Source of the DNA: an uncultured Pseudomonadota bacterium
GTDB taxonomy: Bacteria; Myxococcota_A; Polyangia; Fen-1088
Length of the DNA: 64,000 bases
Direction: 5' to 3'
Assembly: GCA_963847705.1 (NCBI GenBank)
Contig: CAWKBC010000017.1
Span: forward strand, 1-64,000
Shown one piece after another: positions 1-9,440 of the stretch. The notes beneath the pieces were generated by a model. The model saw only the letters and a list, made by a program, of their open reading frames with translations. It did not search any database and was not told the origin of the DNA. The position numbers and the translations under genes were made by a program. Numbering within the stretch: position 1 is the stretch's first letter; each line of letters opens with the position of its first letter.

Positions 1-1160
1 CGATCGCCTCCGCGCGCCAGCTGTCGATCGCCGCCGGCGTGCCGACGTTCTCCGGACCGACCAGCGCCGCCAGCCGCGCCAGCGTGGCGGCCAGCCGGTT
101 GGGGGCCGGCCCGCTCGGACGGAGGATGTCGAGCTGGGTCGCGCGCACCCGCGCGGGGAGCGCGATGAGGTGCACGCCGACCACCGCGGCCTCGGGCGGC
201 CGGCGCGCCAGATCCAGCCGCGCCAGCTCGATCAGGATCTTCGCCTCGCGCGTCGGCGCCGCGACCGGGACCTCGCGGACGTCGAGGCCGCGCGGATCGA
301 GGGTGAGGCGCAGCGTCAGCCCGGCGCAGGCCAGGCTCCGTCCGGCCAGGCGCTCGAGCGCGCGATCGCAAAGCCCGCGCAGCACGAAGGCGAGCGGCTC
401 CAGCTCGTAGACGGGGTAGTCGAGCTCGACCGCCTCTTCCAGCGCGTCGGGCGGCAGCTGCGGCAGGAACGGCTCGTCGTCCTCGCCGCGGGCGAGCCGC
501 GCCACCGTGGCGCCGGCCGGGCCGAGGCGCAGCGCGACCGCGTGGGTCGGCAGCGCCGCCACCGCGCCGGCGGTGCGCGTCCCCCAGCGCCGGAACGCCG
601 CGCAGAGCTCCGCGTCGTCGGTGAAGAAGTGGACGGGCAGCGGCGCCAGGAAGGCCCGCGCGCCGGCCCGCTCCGCCGGCACCACCGCCAGCTCGTGCGC
701 GCGCGTCGCCACCCGCGCGCTCCCCTTCGTCGAGGCGAGCGCCACGCGCGCGCCGAACCCCAGCCGCGCGGCGTGCGCCTGCACCGCCTGCGCGATGGCC
801 TGGTCCCCCTCCGGGTAGAGCCGGGTGAGATCGTCGGCGGCAAAATAGATCCGCTCTCCGTCGCGTTCCACGCGCGGCGCGAAGGCGTAGCCGACGTCGC
901 AGAGCGCCGCCGCGCCCGCCTCGGCGTCGGCCGCCGTCGCGGTGAAGAGCCGCAGGCCGGGGCAGGTCGCCGACGCCTGCGCGGCGGTCATGCCGGGACG
1001 CACGCCGGCGCTGCGCGCCTGGCTGTCGAGCTCGGTGACCCGCGGTCTGTTTTTTCCAACGCTCGCCAGCAACGCGGACGGCGACTCCCGGGCTTCCGGG
1101 AGATCGCCGCAGCGCCGCCTGCAACGCTAGCTGCGGGACATGAACGCAAGCGAGACGCAT
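1..1160 (-). CDS. imuB: ImuB, inactive Y-family polymerase of the imuABC mutasome; runs off the window edge; apparent +1 frameshift near 1098-1100
   Basis: ATG at 1160 gives MRLACVHVPQLALQAALRRSP. After removing one C the frame continues ..AGVRPGMTAAQASATCPGL..FAPRVE..FLAPLPV..WGTRTAGAVAALP..RATQLDIL (clamp-binding-like). Overlaps the imuA stop. Confidence 0.85.
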   Translation of the reverse strand, partial: MRLACVHVPQLALQAALRRSPGSPGVAVRVAGERWKKQTAGHRARQPGAQRRRASRHDRRAGVGDLPRPAALHRDGGRRRGGRGGALRRRLRLRAARGTRRRADLFCRRRSHPALPGGGPGHRAGGAGARRAAGVRRARGARLDEGERAGGDARARAGGGAGGAGRRAGLPGAAARPLLHRRRGALRGVPALGDAHRRRGGGAADPRGRAAPRPGRRHGGAARPRRGRRAVPAAAAARRAGRGGRARLPRLRAGAARLRAARALRSRARAPGRTEPGLRRADAAPHPRSARPRRPRGPGRGADARGEDPDRAGAAGSGAPAARGRGGRRAPHRAPRAGARDPARHPPSERAGPQPAGRHAGAAGGAGRSGERRHAGGDRQLARGGD

Positions 1161-1843
1161 GGCTGCTGGTTCCCGTCCGACGGCGATGACGACGACTGTG
1201 CGCGGCCATTGCGCAAGCGCTGCGCGCGGACCTCGAGGCGGACGAAGAGGGGAGGGCCCTCGGTGTCGAACGCCGGCGCGCCGCCGAGATCGACGGCCGC
1301 CGCCGCGAAGGCCCCCAACCGCCGCGCGCCGCTGGCCACCAGCACCGTCGTCCCCTGCGCGCGCGCCGCGTGGCGCAGCCGCATCCAGGCGGCGTCGGGG
1401 ATCCGCAGCCGCGCGTCGCACAGATCGAGCGCCACCGTCCCGAAGCCGCCGGCCGCCACCACCAGATCGGCGGCCTTGAGCGCCTGCGCGGCCAGGCAGC
1501 GGATCCAGAGCAGCGGCGGCCCTGAGGTCGTCGCCCTCGCCGACAGGACCGCCGCGCGCGCGTCGAGCGTCCCCCCCACGTCGACGAGCGCCGTCGACTC
1601 ACCGGCGGAGATCGCCGCCGCCAGCGCCGCCCGCACCACGGCCGTCCGCCCGGAAGAGCGCGGCCCGGAGATCTCGCTCAGCGCCGCGCGCGGCCAGCCG
1701 CCGCCGAGCAAGGCGTCGAGCGCCGCCAGCCCGGTCGCGCGGCGCCCGTGCTCTTCGCTGAGCCGCTCGAGCGAGACCAGATGCGCGGAGATCTCCGCGG
1801 CGATCTCCGGATCGCGAACCAGCTCGAGAGCGCGAACCGACAC
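1127..1843 (-). CDS. imuA: ImuA / RecA-like translesion synthesis accessory protein
   Basis: TGLAALDALLGGGWPRAALSEISGPRSSGRT (RecA-like, degenerate Walker A); directly upstream of imuB; LexA-like box upstream. Confidence 0.85.
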   Translation of the reverse strand: MSVRALELVRDPEIAAEISAHLVSLERLSEEHGRRATGLAALDALLGGGWPRAALSEISGPRSSGRTAVVRAALAAAISAGESTALVDVGGTLDARAAVLSARATTSGPPLLWIRCLAAQALKAADLVVAAGGFGTVALDLCDARLRIPDAAWMRLRHAARAQGTTVLVASGARRLGAFAAAAVDLGGAPAFDTEGPPLFVRLEVRAQRLRNGRAQSSSSPSDGNQQPCVSLAFMSRS

Positions 1844-1858
1844 CCTCTCAAGGTGAAC

Positions 1859-1874
1859 CTGAACATAAGTTCAG
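1859..1874. promoter_or_regulatory. Putative LexA (SOS) box
   Basis: Palindrome CTGAAC-ATAA-GTTCAG, 15 bp before the imuA start; resembles the Myxococcus LexA motif ending GTTCAG. Confidence 0.75.
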
Positions 1875-1921
1875 TCAACTGAGAAAAAGTGAGACGAAAG
1901 AGAGTGAAGTAGCCTTTGGGG

Positions 1922-2383
1922 ATGGAGACCGCCGCCATCGAGACCCTCGTCGCCCGACAAGAGATCGTCGACGTCATCACCGAGCTCTTCGTGGCCACCG
2001 ATCAGCGTGACTGGGGGGCGGTGAAGCGCTGCTTCGCCGACCAGGTGCTGTTCGACATGTCGTCGCTCGGCGCCGGACCGCCCGTGCGCCGCACGCCCGC
2101 CGAGATCGCAGCCGGCTGGGAAGAGGGGCTGCGCCCGCTCGCGGCCATCCACCACCAGGCCGGCAACCACCGCGTCACCATCCACGAGTCCCGCGCCACC
2201 GCCAGCTGCTACGGCATCGCCTACCACCACCGGAAGACCGCCTCGGGCCGGAACACCCGCGTCTTCGTGGGCAGCTACGCCTTCATCCTGGACCGCGGCG
2301 GCCCGCTCGGCTGGCGCATCTCGACGTTCCGCTTCGACCTCAAGTTCATCGACGGCAACGCGAATCTGGAGAGCGACGGGTAG
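1922..2383 (+). CDS. SnoaL-like / NTF2-family protein
   Basis: RQEIVDVITELFVATDQRDW..FAD..HHQAGNHRV..GSY..WRI pattern. Confidence 0.8.
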   Translation: METAAIETLVARQEIVDVITELFVATDQRDWGAVKRCFADQVLFDMSSLGAGPPVRRTPAEIAAGWEEGLRPLAAIHHQAGNHRVTIHESRATASCYGIAYHHRKTASGRNTRVFVGSYAFILDRGGPLGWRISTFRFDLKFIDGNANLESDG

Positions 2384-2489
2384 ACGGCGCTCTCGCGCCA
2401 ATCACGACGAGGCTGTCGCGGTCAGGAAGCGGAGGCGCACCAAAGGCTGCGCTTCTCCGGCCGGTTCAGCTCTTGCTAAGGTTGTCGTC

Positions 2490-2888
2490 ATGAAGATCTC
2501 GACAGTGTTCGTCGCCGGCATTCTCGGGTTGGCTCTCGCGATGTCCTGCGATGGGTCGTCGTTGACTGCGGATGGGGGAACGGGTGGCTTCGGCGGCTCG
2601 GGCCGGGGCGGCTCGGGCAACGGCGGCTCTGGCGGCACCGGCGGAGACGGCGGCGCAGGCTGCCAGGCCATGCACTACTACTCCCCCGGGTGCAACGCCT
2701 CGCCCACCTGCGACAACGGGAGTGGCGGCGCGTGCGGGGGCCTGCCGGCCTGCGGGTGCGACGGAAAGGTCATCATCGCCTGCGAGGGCTACCGAGAGCG
2801 GTTCGCCTACAAGATTCCGCTGAGCTCCATCGACGCCTCCGATCTGTCCGCACTGAGCTGCGATCCAAACGCCGACGCAGGCCACTGA
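2490..2888 (+). CDS. Small Cys-rich lipoprotein with Gly-rich linker
   Basis: Signal peptide ending LAMSC; GGTGG linker; several Cys including CGCDG. Confidence 0.7.
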   Translation: MKISTVFVAGILGLALAMSCDGSSLTADGGTGGFGGSGRGGSGNGGSGGTGGDGGAGCQAMHYYSPGCNASPTCDNGSGGACGGLPACGCDGKVIIACEGYRERFAYKIPLSSIDASDLSALSCDPNADAGH

Positions 2889-2933
2889 GATGGGGCACTC
2901 TTTCAATACGGTCTCGCTCCATGGGAGCCCGGC

Positions 2934-3569
2934 GTGAAGATCCTCGTTCTCGGGGCTTCGCAGGGAACCGGTGCCCTTTGCGTCAAGGCCGCCCTGGCGG
3001 CGGGGCACGCCGTCACCGCCTTTGCCCGCACGCCCGCGAAGCTCGCGCTCACCCACGCGCAGCTCACGAAGGTGAAGGGAGACTTTCACGACGCGGCCTC
3101 GGTGCGCGCCGCGGTGAAGGGTCACGACGCCGTCATCATCTGCGTCTCGTCGACCTCGCTCAAAGGCTTCCAGGAGACTCCCGATTACTTCTCGCGCGGC
3201 ACGAAGTTCTGCATCGACGCGATGAAAGAGAACGGCGTGAGGCGCCTGGTGGTGCTGAGCGCGAATGGGGTCGGCGACAGCTACGCCACGGCGAGCTGGT
3301 TCCAGCGCACCTTCTTGATCGCTCGGCTGCTGAAGTACCCCTACCGAGATCACGAGGTGCAGGAGCGGCTGACCCGCGAGAGCGGCCTCGAGTTCGTGAT
3401 CGCCCGCCCCACGCGACTCACCAATGGTCGGGCGCATGGAAGGTATACGCGCTCGGCCGTGCCGGTGTCCGTCCCCTCGAGCATCTCCCGCGCCGACGTC
3501 GCCGATTTCTTGGTGGAGTCGTGCAAGTCACCGGCCTTCGTCGGCAAGGCGGTCGAGCTCGGCGGGTGA
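2934..3569 (+). CDS. NAD(P)H-binding atypical SDR (flavin/biliverdin reductase-like)
   Basis: MKILVLGASQGTG Rossmann start; IARPTRL; ISRADVA. Confidence 0.85.
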   Translation: MKILVLGASQGTGALCVKAALAAGHAVTAFARTPAKLALTHAQLTKVKGDFHDAASVRAAVKGHDAVIICVSSTSLKGFQETPDYFSRGTKFCIDAMKENGVRRLVVLSANGVGDSYATASWFQRTFLIARLLKYPYRDHEVQERLTRESGLEFVIARPTRLTNGRAHGRYTRSAVPVSVPSSISRADVADFLVESCKSPAFVGKAVELGG

Positions 3570-3595
3570 GCTTCCAAGGAATCGCGCCAGAGCCC

Positions 3596-4771
3596 ATGCG
3601 TCCTCCCCCGATCCGCACCGAGCCCCCCAGCACGCCTTCGGGCAACGCCTTCGCTCACCACAGCATGAGCGTGCGGGTCCCGAAGATCCTGGAGGAGGTC
3701 AGCGCGCGCAACCCCGACTATCCACACTCGGTGCAGGACTCCATCGCTCGCTTGCGAGACGACATCCGCGCCGACGGTCCCTTGCCGCCGCTCGGGTTTC
3801 CGGCGCCCGACGCCGGGGAGTGGCAGGCGGCGCTCGACGAGCGCGCAGGCGAGACCTGGCTGGCGACCGACTGGTTCTTCGCCGAGAACTACGTGTACCA
3901 CTGCCTGATGACGGCCGTCCGTCACTGGGAAAACGGTCGGGATCCGTTCGCCCCTGCCAAGCAGGAGGAGCTGGCTGGCGCGGCTCTGTGGCGCGGTCTC
4001 CAGCGCGCGCTGGGCCAGGCCGCCGCCACCGACTCGGAACGGATCGCGGCGCTCTTGGTCGGCGCGCTCTGGGGAAATCGGGTCGACCTCAGCTATGCGG
4101 TCGGCGTGGCGTTCGGCGCCGCGGGCGAGGGCGCGGACCTCTTGTGCGACGACAGCGTGCGCGCCGCCGAGCAACTGCTGATCCCCGGCGGCGACGTCCA
4201 CCTGGTGACCGACAACATGGGCAGCGAGCTGTCGATGGATCTGGCTTTGGTCGACGCCTTGATCGCCCGGGCCGGCGCGCGTGTCAGCCTGCACGTCAAG
4301 ATGCATCCGACCTTCGTCAGTGACGCCGTCGCGGCCGACGTCTGGTCGATGCTCGCGGCCTTCTCGGCGCGCGGCGGCGACGAGACAGCCCTGGCCGAGC
4401 GCCTGCAGCGCGCCTGGCGCGACCAGCGCCTGCGCGTGCTGCCCGATCCCTTCTGGAACGGTCCGCGCTTCCTTTGGGAGCGGCCGCTGCGCCTGGCGCG
4501 CGAGCTCGACGCCGCGACGGCCATCGTGCTCAAGGGTGACGCCAACTATCGGCGCGCCGTCGGTGACGCGCTCTGGCCCGCGGACACCACCTTCGCCGAG
4601 GCCACCGGTTACCTCCCTGCGCCGGTGGTGGCTTTGCGGACGCTGAAGAGCGACGCCATCGTCGGCTTATCCGCCGCCCAGACGAGCCGGCTCGACGCCG
4701 CCGATCGTGACTGGCGCATCAACGGCCGGCGGGGCGTCATCCAGACCGGCGGCGGCTGGCGTTCGCGATAG
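3596..4771 (+). CDS. Damage-control phosphatase, ARMT1/DUF89 family
   Basis: WFFAENYVY, LWGNRVDLS, DNMGSEL, FVSD, KGDANYRR, RTLKSD motifs; ATG at 3596 within the long ORF 2690..4771. Confidence 0.85.
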   Translation: MRPPPIRTEPPSTPSGNAFAHHSMSVRVPKILEEVSARNPDYPHSVQDSIARLRDDIRADGPLPPLGFPAPDAGEWQAALDERAGETWLATDWFFAENYVYHCLMTAVRHWENGRDPFAPAKQEELAGAALWRGLQRALGQAAATDSERIAALLVGALWGNRVDLSYAVGVAFGAAGEGADLLCDDSVRAAEQLLIPGGDVHLVTDNMGSELSMDLALVDALIARAGARVSLHVKMHPTFVSDAVAADVWSMLAAFSARGGDETALAERLQRAWRDQRLRVLPDPFWNGPRFLWERPLRLARELDAATAIVLKGDANYRRAVGDALWPADTTFAEATGYLPAPVVALRTLKSDAIVGLSAAQTSRLDAADRDWRINGRRGVIQTGGGWRSR

Positions 4772-4783
4772 AACGACGGGCAA

Positions 4784-5875
4784 TCACAAACAGACCCCGT
4801 AGATCGTCTGGTTCGGGACGACGGTGCAGGTCGTGCCGGAGGTGGGGCAGTCGTTGGGAGCGGTGCAGACGCCGTTGCTGGCGTCGCAGCGGCAGACGGC
4901 GCGGCAGGTCTGCTCGCACAGAAACCCCGGCGCGCACCCGGCGGTGCTGGTGCAGGGGGCGTTCTCTTTTCCGGTGCGCGTGGCCGCAGGGCAGCTGCAG
5001 TCGACGTGGTCCATGCTGGAGGGGATCACGCAGGCGAGGCCAGCCGGGCAGCCGGTGTGGGCCGGCGACCCGCCCGCACCGGCCGCCGCCGCGGTGGGAT
5101 CGCAGCTGAACGTACAGGTGCGGAAGGCGCCGCCGCAGGCGATGGGATCGCGGCAGAAGCTCCCCGGTCCGAGGCCCCCGGTGCCAAAGGCCGCGCAGTC
5201 CGCGTCGCTGGCGCAAAATTGCAGGCAGAGCTGCGCTCCGCATCCGAGCGAGCTGTAGTCGAAACACTGCGAGCCGGCCAGGCAGCCCGCCGTGCTGGAG
5301 CAACTGGCGCCGGCGGGGTTGCTCCCGGCGGTGGCGCAGACGTTCGAGAGCGTCTGGCAGTCGACCTGGCAGGACTGCGCCGCGGGACAGGAGAGGCCGG
5401 TGGGATCGCAGCCGGGGAACGGGGTTCCTGGCGGCAGGTCCGGCGCGCCGGCGTCGCCCGTGCAGAGCTGCTCGGGCATGAGGAAAACGGTCCCCTCGTT
5501 GGTCGCGCCTTTGATGATGCTGATGAGCGCGGCGCCGACGCCGATCGCGCAGCCGCGCGCGTCGAGGGCGGTGACCAGGAACTTGATGTCGCCCGCTTGA
5601 TTGCCCGAGAAGCTGACCGACAGCGTCCCCATGTTGGCGTTCGCATCACTGATGACGACGGCGAGACTTCCCGCTTGGTAGGTCAGCGTCTCCATCTCGG
5701 TCGTCCCCTGCGAGACCACGACCGTGATCTGCGCGACGTTCACGATCGGCGTCGACGACGAGTCGAGCTGCAGCACGATGTACGACTGCGGGCTCGAACA
5801 GCCGAGCCCTGTGGCGGCCAGGAGGCCGGCGGCCACCAGCAAGCTCACCGGCCAGGGAAGCCGCCTAAAACGCAT
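4784..5875 (-). CDS. Cys-rich secreted lipoprotein (beta-rich N-domain plus disulfide-rich repeats)
   Basis: Signal peptide ending GLGC; more than 25 Cys in the C-terminal half. Confidence 0.8.
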   Translation of the reverse strand: MRFRRLPWPVSLLVAAGLLAATGLGCSSPQSYIVLQLDSSSTPIVNVAQITVVVSQGTTEMETLTYQAGSLAVVISDANANMGTLSVSFSGNQAGDIKFLVTALDARGCAIGVGAALISIIKGATNEGTVFLMPEQLCTGDAGAPDLPPGTPFPGCDPTGLSCPAAQSCQVDCQTLSNVCATAGSNPAGASCSSTAGCLAGSQCFDYSSLGCGAQLCLQFCASDADCAAFGTGGLGPGSFCRDPIACGGAFRTCTFSCDPTAAAAGAGGSPAHTGCPAGLACVIPSSMDHVDCSCPAATRTGKENAPCTSTAGCAPGFLCEQTCRAVCRCDASNGVCTAPNDCPTSGTTCTVVPNQTIYGVCL

Positions 5876-6350
5876 GCATGTTCCCCAGCGTGGTGGTGGG
5901 AGGCGAGGTGCTCGACGAGGAGGTGGAGGAGACCACGATGATCGCCGTGGTGAGCACCACCAGCCCGACCGTCCCCCAGAACCAGCTCTTTCGATAGAAG
6001 GGGACCGGACGTTCAGAGGGCGGTTGCGCCGTGCGCCGATCCAGCTCCAGTGGCGGCGGGGCCGGCTCGGGGACCAGCGTCAGCGGCGGCGCCGAGGTGG
6101 GTGAGGGTGGCGGCGCCAGGGTGGGCGGCTGGCCGGGCGGCGGCGTGGCGGTGGGCGCGTCCGCCGGCGGTGGCGGCGGCGCTGGCTCGGGTGGAGGCGC
6201 CGGCGGGGTCGCCGCCGAGGGGGGTGTTGCGGCCGGCGTGGTGGGCGGCGGTGGCGCGCTCTCGGCGCGCGCGAGGTTCGACCAGACAACGACCGCCACC
6301 AGAAACAGCAACCCGGGCAACCTGGGACGCGCGTGTCGCATCCGCCGCAT
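5865..6350 (-). CDS. Pro-rich exported protein with C-terminal Trp-rich membrane segment
   Basis: MRRMRHARPRLPGLLFLVAVVVWSNLARA signal; PPPP stretch; PFYRKSWFWGTVGLVV tail; overlaps the next gene. Confidence 0.65.
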   Translation of the reverse strand: MRRMRHARPRLPGLLFLVAVVVWSNLARAESAPPPPTTPAATPPSAATPPAPPPEPAPPPPPADAPTATPPPGQPPTLAPPPSPTSAPPLTLVPEPAPPPLELDRRTAQPPSERPVPFYRKSWFWGTVGLVVLTTAIIVVSSTSSSSTSPPTTTLGNMHAF

Positions 6351-6487
6351 TGTCGCGCCGGGGCGGTGCTGGCGTCCAGTAACCACGGCGGGCAAGCGGT
6401 CGTCGACGATAGGCCGCCTTCGGCGGCACGTCTTCGGGCATGGTTTCGCTTCGCTCACCGTTGCCTTACGGCAACGCAACGCCGCTG

Positions 6488-8947
6488 CTAGCGGGGGGCG
6501 CCTGCCGCGCCGGTGCGCTGGCCGGCGGCCCAGTCGACACGCGCCCGCATGTCGAGCGCGCGCAGGCGATCGGCCTCGGTGGCGTCGGTGGCGAGCTGGG
6601 CCAGCGCCGCGCGCGCGCGCACGAAGTCGCCCACCCGGTAGGCGGCGTCGGCGATCATGCGGCGGCACTCGCGCTCGAACTCGGGGGCCAGCTTTGCCCG
6701 CTCGGGCGAATCGGCCAGATGCTCTTCGCCGCAGGCGCGGGTTAGCTGGGGCAGCGCGCGGGCGGCGTCCCGGCCGAGGAGCTGGCGTCCGAGCAGATAG
6801 GGTCCCAGCCGGTCGGTGGGGAAGAGGCGCGCGTACTCGGCCAGCAGGTAGAAGGTGAGCACGGGATCGATGTCCGGCTCGAGCACGTCGGCGTAGAGCG
6901 CGCGGCCGAGCGTGGCGCGGGCGGGCGGGCTGTCGAGCGCCTCGAGCTTGGCCAGAGCCTGCCGGCGATCCGCCTCGGTCGCCGACAGCTCGAGCGCGCG
7001 CCGCTGATGTGTCTCGGCGCCGGCGTAGTCGCGCGCGGAAAAATCAATCGCCGCCGAGAGCGACTCCGCCTCGGCGCGCAGCGGGACGGTCAGCGTCCCA
7101 TCGAGCGCCAGGTGTCCCAGCTCCGTCCGGGCCGCCCCCTCGGCGCCGGCCGCCAGCTCGGCGCGCGCCAGCGCCAGGCGATAGAGCGGCTCGTTCGGAT
7201 CGTCGTGGCAGGTCGACTGCAGGAGCTCGACGGCGCGCGCCGGATCGACGCCCATCACCCCGCGGGCCTCGGCGACGCGCGCGGCCAGCTCCCGCGCGCA
7301 GACCCGGCTGAAGATCGCCGGGCGGCGGAACTCCTCTGTGGCGTGGGCGCGCTGCCGCGTGGTGAGCGGCTGCTTGGTCAGGAACTGGCGCCACTCGCGC
7401 TCGAGATCGCCGAGCGGCACCCGGTAGACGTCGCTGAAGTTGCCGGCCGAGCGGTAGAGCGCCCGCAGCTTGTCGGCGCCGCGCGTGGCCAGCAGGAACG
7501 CCGAGAACGAGCCCGCCAGCGTGTAGGCGCGCGCCCCCGCCAGCGTGCTGAACCCGGCCCCCACCACGTCGGCGAGCGGCGGCGCCAGCCCGGCCGCGAT
7601 CATCGCCGCGGCCTCCTGGTGAATGGTGGCGTCGCCGTAGGGATCGCTGACGGTGGCCGCCTCGGCCACCCCCTCGACGAGGCCCATCGCCAGCGCGGGA
7701 TGCGGCAGCGGGCCCCAGCGCCAGGCCAGCGCCACCCCGAAGAAGGGATCGCCGAAGCTCCCGGCGAACACGTGCGCCATCTCGTGCCGGAGGCGCGACG
7801 AGGGGAAATGCTCCTGCACGAACATCTCGCGCGTCCAGGGCTTGGCGTAGAGCGTCTCCCCCGCGCCGACCAGGGCCTTCTTCACCGCGGCGTTGGGGAA
7901 GTCCCACACCGTGATCGGCAGCTTGGGCTCGACGGCGAACGTCTCCCGCAGCTGCTGGTAGCGGAACTCCAGGTCCTCGATCTGCAACGCCCGCTCGGCG
8001 CGGCTCTTGGTCCCGGGCACGGTGTGGACGACGAAGTGTGACGTGGTGTCGGTCTGACTCAGCTCGCGGGCCAGATCGCCGCGCGTGATGTGGAAGCCCA
8101 TCCTGCCCCCGAGCGCGTAGAGCGCGATCGAGGTTGCCAGGAGCGGGATGGCCGCGGCGGTCGCCCCCGGGCGCCAGCGCCGCGGATCGCAGCCGCGCCC
8201 CACCGCGGCCAGCGCCAGCACGATCGCCGTGGCGGCCCAGACCAGGTTGGCGATCCGGAACAGCACCAGCGACGTCGGCGGGCGCAGCGCCTCGTCGTAG
8301 ATCGGCCCCGGGAAGTATCCGCCGAACGGATCGAAGGCGAACACCGGCGGATCGCGGTAGAGCCGGAGCAGCGTCCAGAGGATGGAGGCCACGGGGAGCG
8401 CGAAGGCGAGCAGGCGCGCGCGGCGCGGCCGGACCGGCGCGAGGCCCGCCAGGACGCCGGCCGTCGCGGCGAAGAGGGCGCTCGCGAGCGGCAGGAGCGC
8501 GAAGAAGGCCAGGCCCACCGACAGGCTGCAGTTGCGGACGCGCAGGGCGTTGGCGAGTCCGAGGAGCAGCGGCAGCAGCAGGGTCGCCGCGGTGAGCGCC
8601 GCCGCCTGGCCGAAGACGCGGCCGAGCTCCCCGCCCGCCGGCGTTCGCCCGAGCGCCGCGCGCGCGCGCGCCACCGCCCCCTGGCCGATGTCGACCCCCG
8701 CCAGCGAGACGGCGAACCCGATCGCGAAGGCGAAGTCGTAACCGAGGAGGTCGTAGAGGGGGACGAAGTCGAGCGCCAGCGCCAGCAGCGCCAGAACGCC
8801 GGCCCAGACGAAGGGGCGCAGGCCCCCCCAACGCTTTGGCGCGGTGTCGAAGAACGTGCGCCAGGCGGCGAACCGGGCAACGAGGCGGCCGCGGAGCGTC
8901 CTGGTCGAATTGACGGTTTTCCCGGCGGGGCCTAACATGGGCGACAC
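6488..8947 (-). CDS. Multi-pass membrane protein with HExxH (MA-like) metallopeptidase domain and TPR-like C-terminus
   Basis: About 7 hydrophobic segments; RHEMAH..GLVEGVAE; Ala/Leu/Arg helical repeats. Confidence 0.75.
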   Translation of the reverse strand: MSPMLGPAGKTVNSTRTLRGRLVARFAAWRTFFDTAPKRWGGLRPFVWAGVLALLALALDFVPLYDLLGYDFAFAIGFAVSLAGVDIGQGAVARARAALGRTPAGGELGRVFGQAAALTAATLLLPLLLGLANALRVRNCSLSVGLAFFALLPLASALFAATAGVLAGLAPVRPRRARLLAFALPVASILWTLLRLYRDPPVFAFDPFGGYFPGPIYDEALRPPTSLVLFRIANLVWAATAIVLALAAVGRGCDPRRWRPGATAAAIPLLATSIALYALGGRMGFHITRGDLARELSQTDTTSHFVVHTVPGTKSRAERALQIEDLEFRYQQLRETFAVEPKLPITVWDFPNAAVKKALVGAGETLYAKPWTREMFVQEHFPSSRLRHEMAHVFAGSFGDPFFGVALAWRWGPLPHPALAMGLVEGVAEAATVSDPYGDATIHQEAAAMIAAGLAPPLADVVGAGFSTLAGARAYTLAGSFSAFLLATRGADKLRALYRSAGNFSDVYRVPLGDLEREWRQFLTKQPLTTRQRAHATEEFRRPAIFSRVCARELAARVAEARGVMGVDPARAVELLQSTCHDDPNEPLYRLALARAELAAGAEGAARTELGHLALDGTLTVPLRAEAESLSAAIDFSARDYAGAETHQRRALELSATEADRRQALAKLEALDSPPARATLGRALYADVLEPDIDPVLTFYLLAEYARLFPTDRLGPYLLGRQLLGRDAARALPQLTRACGEEHLADSPERAKLAPEFERECRRMIADAAYRVGDFVRARAALAQLATDATEADRLRALDMRARVDWAAGQRTGAAGAPR

Positions 8948-8986
8948 GCTCGCAACGACCTAGGGTTGCGTCCAGAACAGCGGATC

Positions 8987-9397
8987 ATGACCGAAGAAGA
9001 ACGACGCCGCGAGGCACGCGCCCCGATCGAGTTGAAGGTGGAGTACAAGCGACTCAACACCTTCTTTTACGACTACACGAAGAACATCTCCAAGGGGGGG
9101 ACGTTCATCAAGACCGAGAAGCCGCTCGACATCGGGACGATCTTCTTGTTCAAGCTGCAGGTCCCTTTGCGCGAGGCGCCGCTCGCTCTGCGCGGTGAGG
9201 TTCGCTGGGTGATCAAGGAAGGCTCACCCCCACCGGCCGACATGCCGGCCGACCACGAGCCGGGGATGGGGATCCGCTTCGTCTACGAGGGGAACGAAGA
9301 GCGCCAGGCGCTGGAGGAGCTGGTCGAGAAGATGATGATCGACAGCCTTGGCCCGCTCATCTACTCGCGCCTCGTGAAGAAGACGCCCAAAACCTGA
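8987..9397 (+). CDS. Myxobacterial PilZ-domain protein (TIGR02266-like)
   Basis: ERRREARAP (RxxxR); YTKNISKGGTFI; GMGIRF. Confidence 0.85.
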   Translation: MTEEERRREARAPIELKVEYKRLNTFFYDYTKNISKGGTFIKTEKPLDIGTIFLFKLQVPLREAPLALRGEVRWVIKEGSPPPADMPADHEPGMGIRFVYEGNEERQALEELVEKMMIDSLGPLIYSRLVKKTPKT

Positions 9398-9440
9398 GCG
9401 ACGCTGGCCGATTGACGCGGACGGCGTCATCTTTGGGGCC

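Noticed and set aside
2690-3595. N-terminal 300 aa of the 693-aa ORF 2690..4771
   Set aside because: Arg-rich off-frame read-through over two real genes; the DUF89 protein starts at about 3596.
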